Assembly: GCF_021028975.2 (NCBI RefSeq)
Contig: NC_059440.1
Coordinates: 32,426,001 to 32,490,000 of the forward strand
DNA from: Sphaerodactylus townsendi
Taxonomy: Eukaryota
DNA: 64,000 nt
Reading direction: 5' to 3'
Notes under the pieces: model-generated
The model's input: the letters and a program-made list of their open reading frames with translations, nothing else
The model's database searches: none
What the model was told of the DNA's origin: nothing
Made by a program: the position numbers and the translations under genes
Shown: positions 23,535 to 34,840 of the stretch, piece after piece
Layout: each line of letters starts with the position of its first letter
Numbering within the stretch: position 1 is the stretch's first letter

Positions 23535-23682
23535 CAGGGGTAGGGAACCTGCGGCTCTCCAGATGTTCAGGAACTACAATTCCCATCAGCCTCTGTCAGC
23601 ATGGCCAATTGGCCATGCTGGTAGGGGCTGATGGGAATTGTAGTTCCTGAACATCTGGAGAGCCGCAGGTTCCCTACCCCTG
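23535..23682. mobile_element. palindromic hAT MITE (148 bp)
   Basis: whole element is an inverted repeat centred on GGCCAATTGGCC; perfect TSD CATTAGAG. Confidence 0.95.
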
Positions 23683-24188
23683 CATTAGAGGGATAAGATT
23701 CCTGTTGTTTAGAGGTTGCTATAATTGCTACCTCACCTGCTTCCCACTGAGAGAGAGACAGAGATATGTAGGAGCCCAGGCACCAATTTGCCCACCTTGA
23801 GGTATGCTACCACCAACCCCAGCAAATCCTTTTCCAGCTTCTCTTCCCCATCAATAAGATCTATTTTTAAAAGTTTGCTGACATTCTGAGCATGCGACAT
23901 TCTGCGCAGGATATCAAAGCTCACATGTATGTTTAGAACACACAGAACTCTGGGTACAAAATACATTGTTAAAAACAAGAATTAAGTTAGGGGTGTGTGA
24001 GAGAGAGGTTTCGCCCCTCGCAGGACAGGTTTCCCAGAACTTGTCTAGGGCTCCCTCTGGTGCTAGGAAAAGCAAAACGAATCATTAAGTCAACTCCAGA
24101 ATATCTCTAATTCCAGTTCTATTTTTGAAAAGCATTAAAATGCTGATTGCTTCTATGGACAAAAATAAATATGCACAGAAAAGCCTAC

Positions 24189-24312
24189 CACACTGTCTGA
24201 AGGTGATTTCAGAAATAGCAGCAACAGCTTGTTTACTAAACTGAATCCCTTTGTCTTCTGCAACTTCTTCACAGAGGCCAGCGACGGTGAAGTGAACAGC
24301 AGCCTTCAATCT
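24189..24312 (-). CDS. CENPS: CENP-S exon 2
   Basis: ttccag|AGA...TGTG|gtaggc; 124 nt; RLKAAVHFTVAGLCEEVAEDKGIQFSKQAVAAISEITFRQC. Confidence 0.95.
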
Positions 24313-24454
24313 CTGGAAAGGGTGGAAAGGAAAAAAGTTACAGAACATATTTTGCTATTACATCCCACATCAGGCCTGTACATCTTGGCATTCAACAAAA
24401 ATGCAAAGTTGATTAAAGGCCAAACATGACATGAGATGTATTAAATTCACAGCA

Positions 24455-24770
24455 AAAGTACTCTTCACACAGCATACACCTTGTGGAACTCACTGACACA
24501 AGATGGGGCAATGGGCACTGGCTCTTTAACTTTAAAATGGGATTAGACAAATCCAAGGAGCATAGAGCCATTAATAGTTATTAATCATAAGTAATCATAA
24601 GTATAATGAACCTCCATGTTCAGAGACAGTTTGCCTTAGATACTGGAGATGAGCAACTGCTTTCATGCCCTGCTTTTGGGGACTCAGTTAAGATCTTGTT
24701 TCCACTGTTGGAAACAAGATGCTGCAATAGTTGGATTTTTAGTCTGACCTAACATGGCTCCTCTTACAAA
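24455..24770 (+). mobile_element. degraded CR1 3' fragment
   Basis: ttcacacagc...tgtggaactcactgacacaagatg...gggattagacaaat resembles the CR1 ORF2 end and UTR. Confidence 0.6.
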
Positions 24771-24869
24771 TCTCTTACAATCCTGGTTACCAGACCTGGT
24801 TCAGTTGCTGGATCACAGGTTATGTAGGCCTTTTATATATATATCTTAAAGAAAAAACATTTGTAGTTC

Positions 24870-25120
24870 AGTTTGTTATCCCGTTAGATCCAGCAACACC
24901 TTTAAGACCAACAAAGTTTCATTTTTGGTATGAGTTTTTGTGTGAAGCACAATTTTTCATACAGATAGAGGGTGGGAAAGTTTGGTGGCTTCTGTTTCAG
25001 CGTATCTGAAGAAGTGGGCATCCACACCAAAGCTTATATCAAAAATAAAACTTTTTTGGTCTTAAAAGTGCTCTCATGTTTTCTCAGCTGCTTTAGACCA
25101 ACACAGTGACCCAACTGGAA
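24870..25120. mobile_element. Penelope-like pseudo-LTR remnant in inverted arrangement
   Basis: cacctttaagaccaacaaagtt ... aacttttttggtcttaaaagtg inverted pair; degenerate hammerhead CTGAAGA..(c)AAAG at 25006-25032. Confidence 0.65.
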
Positions 25121-26119
25121 ATATTTATTAGACTTCTCCTCATCCTACTGACTTGCATTATGTGATCTGCCAGCGTCTCAGTGAGAAAAACAAATGATAA
25201 ACAACATAAATCAGTAATTCTAATAGTCAACATACCTGCGGATACTTAAATGCAGGCAGCAGGGAGTTTTCCCAGCAAAATTGGAGAGCCTGCCCGCCAA
25301 GTTTGGTGCTGAAAACCCTAAAACAAAACCAGAAATGGGAAAGGCAGAAGACCGGTTGCCAACCAGCCTGGAGAAGCACGTCCTGCCCCTTGAACAGAGA
25401 CCCAATGCGAGGAGGCAAATTAAAAACCCCTGTTAAATAACATCTCATTTTCATGGCATGGAGGCAAATAAATCCCTGATACATAATAAATAATATTCCA
25501 TTCAGCCTTTATTGATGGCCTGGAGGTCCCCCCAAATTACAGCTGGAGGGGGGTGCTCTGTGCCCCATTGAGGTCTTCCTCCTCCAAATCCTGCCCTTCT
25601 AAGCCCCCGAAGCTCCAGGAATCCCCCAACCCGGAGTTGGCAACCGTACAAGGACTCTATAAGGCAGTGGTGGCAAACCTATGGGGCTCCAGATGTTCAT
25701 GGACTACAATTCCCATCAGCCCCTGCCAGCACAGCCAACTGGCCATGTTTATTTCCCAACACAAATGTTTATTTCCCAACACAATAAAGGGAAAAAATAC
25801 ATATACAACTATACACCCCCACAGCCACAATTAGCGCAGAATAGAAATAAATACAAAAGAGCACAGAAGGGGGAAAAAACCTATTTTACAATATCTAAAC
25901 ATATCTTACACTGATATAGTGACTTCCTTGTTGATTTCTAACCAATTTTAGGTTCATGCCAATTGGCCATGCTGGCAGGGGCTGATGGGAATTGTAGTCC
26001 ATGAACATCTGGAGCGCCATCTCCGCCCCGTTCCTTTTACATAAGCGCACATATAGCCATATGTCCTTGAGGTGACGCATACGCACATATAGCCATATTT
26101 CCTTGAGGTGACGAGTAAA

Positions 26120-26470
26120 AGCCCCCCCCCCCCTCGACCCCGCCATATTACCTCAGCGTCTGAAAAGTGCTCGTCCGTCTCCTCAGACTCCCTCCTTCGC
26201 GCCATCCCAAAACGAAGCAGAAGAACCTCCGCCCCCGGCCAGCAAACACAGAAAATGGCGCTCAAATTTCCCGCCCGTCGTGACGCTTTTGAGGGGAAGG
26301 AGGGGAAATGGGCGGCCCTCGGGGCGGAGGCGGGCGAAAGGGGCTCCTTTGGGGCTCGGGGGACGGCTTGGAGGCAGCTGGAGGTGGCCGACATGGGGCC
26401 GCCCTGGCTACCTCACAGGGTTGTTGTGAAGGCATTTGGTTAATCCGATGCTGCGGTTTTGCGGGGTGGG
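26120..26470 (-). promoter_or_regulatory. CENPS CpG-island promoter with E2F, CHR-like and YY1 motifs
   Basis: GC/CpG-rich; TTTCCCGC 26267-26274; AAAATGGCG 26252-26260; minus strand reads GGCGGGAAATTTGAG. Confidence 0.7.
26152..26205 (-). CDS. CENPS: CENP-S exon 1 (coding part)
   Basis: ATG 26205; MARRRESEETDEHFSDAE; donor GAG|gtaata in a CpG-rich region; joined CDS 423 nt = 140 aa. Confidence 0.85.
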
Positions 26471-26719
26471 GTAGGTTTGGGATTTTAACTTTTGCACGTT
26501 GAAGTGCTTTAATGGGGATTTATAAAAAAAAAAATGTTTATTTCCCAAAACAAAAAAAGGACAAAAATACATATCCAGGAATTCCCCCACCTGGAGTTGG
26601 CAACCCTACTATAAGGCAGTGGTGGCGAACCTATGGCGATCCAGATGTTCATGGACTACAATTCCCATCAGATGTTCATGGACTACAATTCCCACCTGCC
26701 AGCATGGCCAATTGGCCAT

Positions 26720-27210
26720 GTTTATTTCCCAACACAAATGTTTATTTCCCAACACAATAAAGGGGAAAAAATACATATACAACTATACACCCCCACAGCC
26801 ACAATTAGCGCAGAATAGAAACAAATACAAAAGAGCACAGAAAACAATCCTATTTTACAATATCTAAACACACCTTACACAGATATGGTGACTTCCTGCT
26901 GTCTCATTGTTGATTCCTAATCCATTTTAGGCTCATGCCTATATTTAACATTAAACAATTTATCAAATACAAACTATATCATTGCTAATATTCTAACTCA
27001 TTCTGCTGTTTTCTTCTAGCTCTATAATCCTGCAATTATTTCTCTACTACCCTATGTTTTTGATAGTCCATAAAAGGTTTCCAGGTTTCTGAAAACTTCT
27101 TTATTACTCTCTCTTAATAAAGTTGTCAATTTTGCTGTTTCTGAGTATTCTGTGACTTTCAACATCCTGTCTTCCTTTGTTGTTATTTTATTATCTCCCC
27201 ATTTCTGCAC
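26720..27210 (-). mobile_element. L1/Tx1-like LINE 3' fragment
   Basis: minus strand translates (with a frameshift) as VQKW...TKEDRMLKV.EYSETAKLTTLLRE...WKPFMDY, an L1-type ORF2 C-terminus. Confidence 0.6.
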
Positions 27211-27324
27211 ATTTAATGGGAATGTTTTAATATTGTAGCAGCCCAGAAACCTTGCATATTGGCAGGGTATAAATTTTAAAAATAAATTAAAATAAAAAGC
27301 TAGTGATGGCGGGGACTATGTATG

Positions 27325-28206
27325 TTAATAATGCGTGTTACGTGTTAATAATGCGTGTTACAACATTTCACAGAGATCCCCCCATCTGTCAACATTGGGA
27401 AAAAAACTGCTACAGACTGAAAATAAGTTGATATTCTTATTTCAGACTGACAAGTTAGGTTTGAATAGAGAGCTGGATTACTCGTGTCACCTATGAGAGT
27501 TAAAGACTCCTCCTGAAGCTCAGGTGTTCTCATTTAGTAGAAACCTATAAAAGAGCAGACAGATAACAATTAGGTCACTAGAACATGACATGATGGGAAA
27601 TGTCAGCTCAGATTGAGAGAAAGTGAGTTGTATATGTATAACTGTGAATAAGTTGATATTTTTATTTCAGACTGACAAGGTTCTCATGTAGTAGAAATGG
27701 ATTTGGAGCTGGATTACTCGTGTCACCTATGAGTGTAAATGACTCTTCCTGAAGCCGAGGTGGTCTCATTTAGTAGAAATTTATAAAAGAGCATGTAGAT
27801 AACAATTAGGTCTCTATAACATGTTATGATGGGATATTTCAACTCAGTTTGAGAGAAAGTGAGTTGCATATGTATGAAACATTGTTGAAAACTCAGGGTG
27901 TGAATATTATACATTATAATAATGATAGATTTATTTGAATGTTATTTGAATTCACCCTTACAGAGTACCCATATGAAGCCAATATAAATTATATCTACAA
28001 CCTGTGAGGCTGATGAAGCCATCGAAAAACGCAGATTAGGCGCAATGCGTTTTTTTACAACCAATGAAATATATAAAAAATATGAACAATGATATAAACT
28101 CATGTATATAGATATACGTATTTGAAATATTAGTTATAGCCAGAGTGCAACAGTAGTGGTAGTTCCATTATTATTAATATTGACTGTTGCACCCCCTTTT
28201 CTAATG
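27325..28206 (+). mobile_element. unclassified 880-bp insertion with internal tandem repeat (possibly Penelope-related)
   Basis: flanking direct repeat GGGGACTATGTATG (27311-27324, 28207-28220); diverged ~225-bp tandem units 27423-27647 and 27648-27876. Confidence 0.65.
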
Positions 28207-28257
28207 GGGGACTATGTATGCTCAGCTCCTGGCAGAAAAGGATAAAGAAACATATGA

Positions 28258-28566
28258 ACTGGCGGTTGTGGGTTTTCTAGGCTGTGTGGCCGTGGTCTGG
28301 TAGTTTTTTGCTTCTAATGTTTTGCCCCCGTTTATGGCTGGCATCTTCAGGGGCAGGTCACGGTGAGATGCTTCTCTCCGTGGTGTGCAGTGTGGAGCCA
28401 CGGAGAGAAACACAACTATGCCATACAGAGAGAAACACATTTCACCGTGGCATACCTCTGAAGATGCCAGCTGTAGATGAGGGCGAAACATTAGGAACAA
28501 AAACTACCAGACCACGGCCACACAGCCTGGAACTGTGTTGATTCTAGCCATGAAAGCCTTTGACTA
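28258..28566. mobile_element. Penelope (Poseidon-like) inverted pseudo-LTR pair with hammerhead motifs
   Basis: ~28278-28375 is the reverse complement of ~28437-28529; CCT-CTGAAGA-TGCC..GGC-GAAAC-ATT-AGG at 28455-28495. Confidence 0.8.
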
Positions 28567-28691
28567 CCTATTAAATAAGTAAGATTACAAAGCATGGTTG
28601 AGGATGCAAAAATGGGAGATCCAAAACATAAAACTGTATACACTGATTTCAGCCTTTTTCAAAATCCGAGTGAAAGCAGAGATCCCATATG

Positions 28692-29283
28692 CAGAGGTGG
28701 GATCCAGCAGGTTCTCACCAGTTCCCGAGTGGGTTACTAATGATTTGTGTGTGCCGAGAGGGGGTTACTAATTGGGTCTGCTTTTCCATTAGAAATTCCA
28801 TTACGTCCAAAAATCATAAAGTCCTGCTGTTTCCTATGTGCCTGGTGAGCGAAGGTAGAAAATGCGATCATTCTCCCTGTTGGGCTGTTTTAAAAACATG
28901 TTTTGGAAATATGGTAAAGTTCCTTGTTTAAGGAAAAGTCTCCCTTCTTTGAGTTCTAGAAACAAAATCAAGTATTTGAAAGTATTAAGTATTTGACAGG
29001 CAGTCAATGAGAGGAGAAGTAGTTGTTTCTGTTGGCAGTAGAGGATAAGACTTGCTAGAATGAGTTTAAATTATGGACAGAAAGATACCAGCTGGAAATT
29101 AGGAACTTTTTTTTTACAGTAATAGTTTTTTACAGTAACAGAGAAATTATTAATGCCCCGCCCCCGGAATGCCCGCCCCCGTCCCTCTGTCAAAGCCCCC
29201 GCCCAGCTCCATTGGCGCTACGCCACTGTTTGAATCCCACCACCATGGGAACCTGTTACTAAAATTTTTGGATCCCACCACTG
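28692..29283 (+). mobile_element. non-autonomous hAT-type element (592 bp)
   Basis: TIRs CAGAGGTGGGATCCA / TGGATCCCACCACTG; TSD cccatatg/cccatatt. Confidence 0.88.
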
Positions 29284-30029
29284 CCCATATTCCTATTGCT
29301 GTGACATGCCCTGAACTGGCCGCTAGATGCCACTGTTTGCCCTTTCAAGAGTTATGGATTAAAATAAAAAACCATAATCCTCTTTCATGTCAGACTGTGC
29401 ACTGCTCAATGCATTTTATAGACAAATGGAAGTCTGCCTTTCGTGATTGTAGAGTCCTAGTTCTTGCCCAGCAAGAACATTAAAATATACACCCGACTGG
29501 ATCGGTATTCTGGCCATTCAGGTCAAAGGCAGCTGGGCAGACGAAAAGCGGGCACTTATTTTTATTAATATTTAACACAATTAAATAGAATGAAACATAA
29601 TAGGATATCTGTGTTTGATTATGTGGGAGTGTTCATATTATAAATGGTTTTGAGCTCATGGCAATATTTCGAATAGAGAAACAAATGCAGAAAATTCTCT
29701 ACTGGTCCACCTTCTTCAGTTTGCGTACCATCACAAAAAGGTACATTCCGGATCTGGCACAGCTCCAGAAAGAAACACTAACTTGATTGAGTTGCATCCT
29801 ATCTTGTCTTAATTGGAAGTGATGTTTCTGCGGAGCCAAATATGAAACCACGGAGGTGACTCTGTCAAAGATTTATTGGATATTCTTAGTCAACAGTGTA
29901 CGGGGGATTAGGGAGGCTGAGATTCAAAATCCCCACTCTGCTATGAGGGTGACCTTGGACTTACTTCACTGCAGCTAAACCTACCACACAGGGCTGTTGT
30001 GAAAAGGGGAAGGGAGAACTGACATATAC

Positions 30030-30151
30030 TAGCCTGCCCAGGGACTACATTCTATCAGCCCCTACCAGCATGGCCAATTGGCCATGCTGACAGAGGCTGA
30101 TGGGAATTGTAGTTCCTGAACATCTGGAGAGCCGCAGGTTCCCTACCCCTG
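30030..30151. mobile_element. palindromic hAT MITE with damaged left arm
   Basis: right arm identical to the 63425 copy; TSD ACATATAC (30022-30029, 30152-30159). Confidence 0.8.
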
Positions 30152-30279
30152 ACATATACCATTCATGGAGGAAGAATGGAATAAAAACATAGGGAACAGA
30201 GTAACTCTGTCATATGTAAAGTGACCAAATAAAAGAAATTAAAGTCAAAGAAGCACAAAATATAATTTGTCAAGGGGTT

Positions 30280-30285
30280 TTTATT
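30280..30285 (-). terminator. PGD polyadenylation signal AATAAA
   Basis: first AATAAA on the minus strand, ~140 nt after the PGD stop. Confidence 0.65.
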
Positions 30286-30425
30286 TTGATTTCTTTTACA
30301 AGACACAACAACATTTCTTTAAACAAAAGTTCACAAATGTGCTCTTGGAAAAAGTGCCAAGGGAATAAAATAGCCAGCAAAAGGAATGTCTTGAGTCTAC
30401 AGTATTTTTCACTTCCACGATCTTG

Positions 30426-30545
30426 CTAGGCATTATATGATGAAGACGACACTGTGCCCCCATGACCTGTCCAGTTAGTGTGGATGAACTTGCCCGGTTG
30501 TGACAACAGTTCGTAGGTATGGGCACCGAAATAATCCCGCTGAGC
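30426..30545 (-). CDS. PGD: 6-phosphogluconate dehydrogenase exon 13
   Basis: ttgtag|GCT; AQRDYFGAHTYELLSQPGKFIHTNWTGHGGTVSSSSYNA-TAG; the 13 exons sum to 1452 nt = 483 aa. Confidence 0.97.
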   Translation of the reverse strand, partial: AQRDYFGAHTYELLSQPGKFIHTNWTGHGGTVSSSSYNA

Positions 30546-31012
30546 CTACAAAAGATTGCATACAGAACAATGCAATAAAAATCAAGGCTGCCAAAATAGC
30601 ATTGAATCAGTTCAATAGACCACCAGATAAACTACTGGTTTGATTAAATGAAATCCCTATGAAATCTTGCTTAAATTATGGTTAAATCAGAGGAATAGGA
30701 AGGTTATGGTATTTCCACTGAAGCAGTTATGGCTCAGGGGCAGATACAAGGTTGGTAGGAAGCTCTAAGGTTTAACGCAGATGCCTCTACTGAAGGGTTC
30801 TTGAGTCAATGAACTGGAAAAGGCTTCTCAGACCTTGGAAAGCCACTGTCCAACAGAAGAGGCAACACTAAGCCAGGTGGGCTATCATGTAACTCAGTAA
30901 ACGACAGATTCATATGTTCATTCTTACATGTTCAATTGGTTAGTCTGGAGATAAAAGGGGAAGGAGATAAATACAGCACCAGTGGCTCTTAGTTACTGTC
31001 AAATTTGCTCAC

Positions 31013-31135
31013 CTGGATCAGGTTAGCTGGCAGAGTTCCATGCCTGTACCCATCATAGAATGAAAGGGCAGTGGTGAAACACGGCATTGGGATGCCAGTT
31101 TGGGTACCTGTGCAGATGGCACGTCGCCAGGATTC
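31013..31135 (-). CDS. PGD: PGD exon 12
   Basis: 123 nt; ESWRRAICTGTQTGIPMPCFTTALSFYDGYRHGTLPANLIQ; AG/GT boundaries. Confidence 0.96.
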
Positions 31136-31563
31136 CTTGGGCAGAGATAAAGAAGAAGAATATGTTGCTGTCAGGCCTACGAAAACTCTACAAATGAGTC
31201 TAGAACTGGGGGGGGGGGGGGGGGTCACAGTGAAAGATGCACAATCCAGTAGATGAAACACTTCCAAGCGTACAAGTGCACAGTACACCAGAAAACCAAA
31301 TGCTGACACACTTTGCATAAAGCACTGACTTCACGGCCTCCTGATCACTGCAAATTCTGCTAAGAGATTTCACCACTCACTGTCTACACATTTTCACAAA
31401 CATCTTTGGAGCAGTAAGGCCCAGAGACTTGACATTTAAAAATGAGATTGCATTGATGTAAAATTCTGCCCTGTGCTAACTCATTTCCGCGTGCTTCCAA
31501 AGCAACTTTCAGAATGCTATTATTCACTTCCCTTCTTGACTCTCTCCTCCATGGGAAACACAC

Positions 31564-31663
31564 CTGAGAGTTTTCCACTGCAGTCTTAAAAAAGTTGTCC
31601 AGCAGTAGGTTTTGGAGATCAGAATTGCGGTCAAAAGCTTCTTTGATCTTCCCCAAGAAAACA
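31564..31663 (-). CDS. PGD: PGD exon 11
   Basis: 100 nt; VFLGKIKEAFDRNSDLQNLLLDNFFKTAVENSQ. Confidence 0.96.
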
Positions 31664-32094
31664 CTGTAAAAAAAAAACCACACAAAATAGTACGTATGTA
31701 GAATAAATGCAGTAGATAGCCCAGAACCAAAAGGTGTGTGAATCAAGCAGGGAAATACTATTTTAAACACGCACACACTTAATGCAGGATTTAACTGATC
31801 AACCAATTGAAACTTGTATTATTAAATCAAATTATCAGGTTATATCCCTGATACCTACGTGTCACCAAGAAAATATATAAGTATTCAATAGAGTAGAGAC
31901 CTAGCATTTTCCAGGCTATAGCTAGGGCAGCATTAAAACAAAACTGCAGTTTTATTTGGATTTTGCTGACCATATTGAGTTACACACTTCACTGTTCCCT
32001 CACTCCATCCACTAGAAAAGTTATCCAGCTACTGCGAGATTTCAGTGGGCATTTTCTACACAGATTCAAGCAGATCTGTACAGCCATAAGAGCT

Positions 32095-32287
32095 ACAGCT
32101 CCAGACCCGGTTGGCTCATCTCGTCAGATTTCAGAAACTAAGCAGAGCCAGTCCTGGTAAGGACTTAGATGGGAGACCACCACAGAAGTCCCAGCCTCCA
32201 TGCAGGCAATGGCAAACTACCTTAGAACATCTGGTGCCTTGCAAACCCCATAAATCAGCTGCAGCATGATGACACTTTCCACCATCA
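32095..32287 (+). mobile_element. 5S rRNA-derived SINE with RTE/BovB-like 3' end
   Basis: atctcgtcagatttcagaaactaagcag...ttagatgggagaccacc resembles the 5S internal region; followed by ggcaatggcaaac. Confidence 0.7.
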
Positions 32288-32445
32288 AGAGATTTTTAAA
32301 AAGAAAGAATTTCTCAGGAAGCTACATTCCAAACTTGGTCCCATTCATAGTCTTCTTTCTTTATGTCTGCACACACAGCAGCCACAGTTAAGGGAGACTC
32401 TAATAGATGTCCATGCCTCTAATGGGATTCTCGCTGAGCACTCAC

Positions 32446-32579
32446 CTTCGGATGATACAGCCTCCTCGCCACATCAGGGCGATGGCACCATAATTCAGTG
32501 TCCAGTCGAACTCTTTGGCCGCCTGCCTCAGCAACATGAAGCCCTGCGTATAGGAAATGATCTTCGAAGCATAGAGGGC
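32446..32579 (-). CDS. PGD: PGD exon 10
   Basis: 134 nt; [44 protein letters not shown]. Confidence 0.96.
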
Positions 32580-32699
32580 CTGGGAGAGAAGTCAGAAGTC
32601 GAGATGAGAAAGGGCGCTCCACCCGGGCAGTTCCAGAGGACAGCAAGGTCAAAAGTTTGCCAGGGACCCGTGACCAGCAGAAATTATCCACAATCCCCA

Positions 32700-33000
32700 A
32701 CAGTGGGCATCCACTGAAGCTGATGGGCAGTAGATTCAGAATGAACAAAATGAAATACTTCTTTACACAACAAGCAATTCCACTTTGGAATTGGCTGCCA
32801 GAGAATGTAGCAATGGCCACAAGGACACATAGCTGTAAAGGGGGATTAGACAGATTTATGGAGGACAGGTCTATCAGTGTCTACTAACCACAGTGACTAA
32901 AGGGAACCTCCACATTCGGAGGCAGTCAACCTCTGAATATCAGTGCCAGTAGGGAATATCAAGGAAAGGCCGCAGTCTCTATGCTCTATTGTTGGCCCAG
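32700..33000 (+). mobile_element. CR1 LINE ORF2 C-terminal fragment
   Basis: GHPLKLMGSRFRMNKMKYFFTQQAIPLWNWLPENV...KGGLDRFMEDRSI. Confidence 0.85.
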
Positions 33001-33404
33001 ATGGGATATTCTGAAGAGCGCCGACTGACCGTTCCTGCTTTGCATTCAGCATCCGTAAAGGTCAGGGACAGAGCGAGAGAATTCCTGATTTTCACACCCT
33101 GCCCTTTTATGCTGGTCTATGGCCATAATAAAAATTGACTGACAGGTTAAGAAGTCCCACAGAGGGTGCCTCGACTCCCTGCCCTGGAAACAGAACAATA
33201 GCAGGAGATGAGAGAGATCTCTCGCCTTCACACCCAGTTCAGAAGGCTTATGACAACAACAAAGTAATTGCAAAAACAACTCACAAGTGCATCAAAGGAG
33301 GACAACACAAACCTTTTACTGTAATGCACACTGAAGAACACAGAGCAAAACTGTTTGACAGCACATAGGAGAAGATTAACCGCCAAGAGGGAAGTCTTAC
33401 TCAC

Positions 33405-33535
33405 TTTGCGGATGTCCTCCAGAAAGGTTGCTTTATTACCACTAAACTGAGTGATTTTGGGTCCACTCAGCACCTTGCTGGCCTGCTCCCTTTCATCCTT
33501 GAGAGAAGATAGACATCGAGCAAAGACAGCTTCCC
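33405..33535 (-). CDS. PGD: PGD exon 9
   Basis: 131 nt; [26 protein letters not shown]...FLEDIRK; acceptor gtcaaaag. Confidence 0.95.
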
Positions 33536-34840
33536 CTTTTGACAAAACAGATCACAAGGTCACAAAGCAAAAAAATCGCAGCAGTTTCCACTTGAACAAA
33601 CACAGCTTTATAAAATAACCCATATTGCCATATAACTGGTCCATATAAATATATGCGGCCTGTATGTGTGTACAGCTATACAGCTCCATGAAGATAGGAG
33701 TTGGGGGCAAAGACTTTTGCTACAAAACAAGACCCATCTGTTTGTAAGATTTTTGTAAAGGTATGTCTTCGGGATCACATATAAGTCTGGTCTTTTGTGA
33801 GACCGCTTTAGATGAATGACACTAGATTTTTTTAGTTACAAAACTGGCTGTGTTTAATATTTTTGGTGGGCCTTATTTATTTATTTTTTTTGCTCTTTGC
33901 CTCTCTATGTTAATTGTTTTGAATTAAGTTACAATGGCCTTAGCCAAAGGGGGAAAAAAGGACTGGATGACTACAAGGAAAAGAAAACATTCTCTCTAGA
34001 TTCCTGCAAGTGACTCATACATTCATTGTCACAGGTATCCCACACGCATGCAATTGCCCAACCCACAGTCCTCCACAGAGAGAGAAGGAATGACTCTGCT
34101 ATTTTTCGGGCTGGAGCTTGCAAGTCATGCTGATACAAGAAAGAGGGAACTAGAAATAGCAGCATTTCACCTGGAAAAGCTGGAGGATTTGAAGGACAGC
34201 TGTTGCCAACAACCTAAGCAGAAAAAAGTTTTCTTCCTTTAATAATAACAATTATTTATCTGAATGCCACGAACAATTTCACCTGCCCATCTGCATACAT
34301 TATGGCTCTGTTAAAGGGAAAGGGCATTTTTTCCCCTCCAAGTTGCTGATAACTCAAACTACTGTGCAGATGTGCCCTTCCCTGTGAGTAGCAGTGTTTG
34401 CCTACAGGCCACGCCTGAACCCTATTTGAAGGAGCTTGGGTACTTGAAAGCCAGCCAATATATAGAACAAAGCAAGCGGATTTGCTGTGCCCAGGCAGGT
34501 AGGGAAGAGCCCAGAAGTAGAGCATAAGCTTTGTATGAAGATGATTCCAGGTTCAATCTCCATTTACAGGATCACATTTCAGAGTTCCAAGAAGAATCTC
34601 AGCTTGACAACCTTGAAACCAGACACAAGTCAGAGCAGAGAGCTTGTTTGAAATGGTCTGACATTCATGTTTTGGAGATTCCACACTCACAATGCAAACT
34701 CAAACAAACACAAAAAGTAAGTCTGAATGTCTCATTTTTAGTTTTTCACAGACTGATCTCAACTGCCCTAAGGTCTGCTCCCCAGTCATCATTTGCCAGT
34801 CCTCTGCATTTCAACAGAAACACACAGCCCAATTATTTAC

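Noticed and set aside
32095-32180. 5S rRNA-like sequence (also ~54560)
   Set aside because: Partial, diverged and fused to a retroposon tail; a SINE head rather than an rRNA gene
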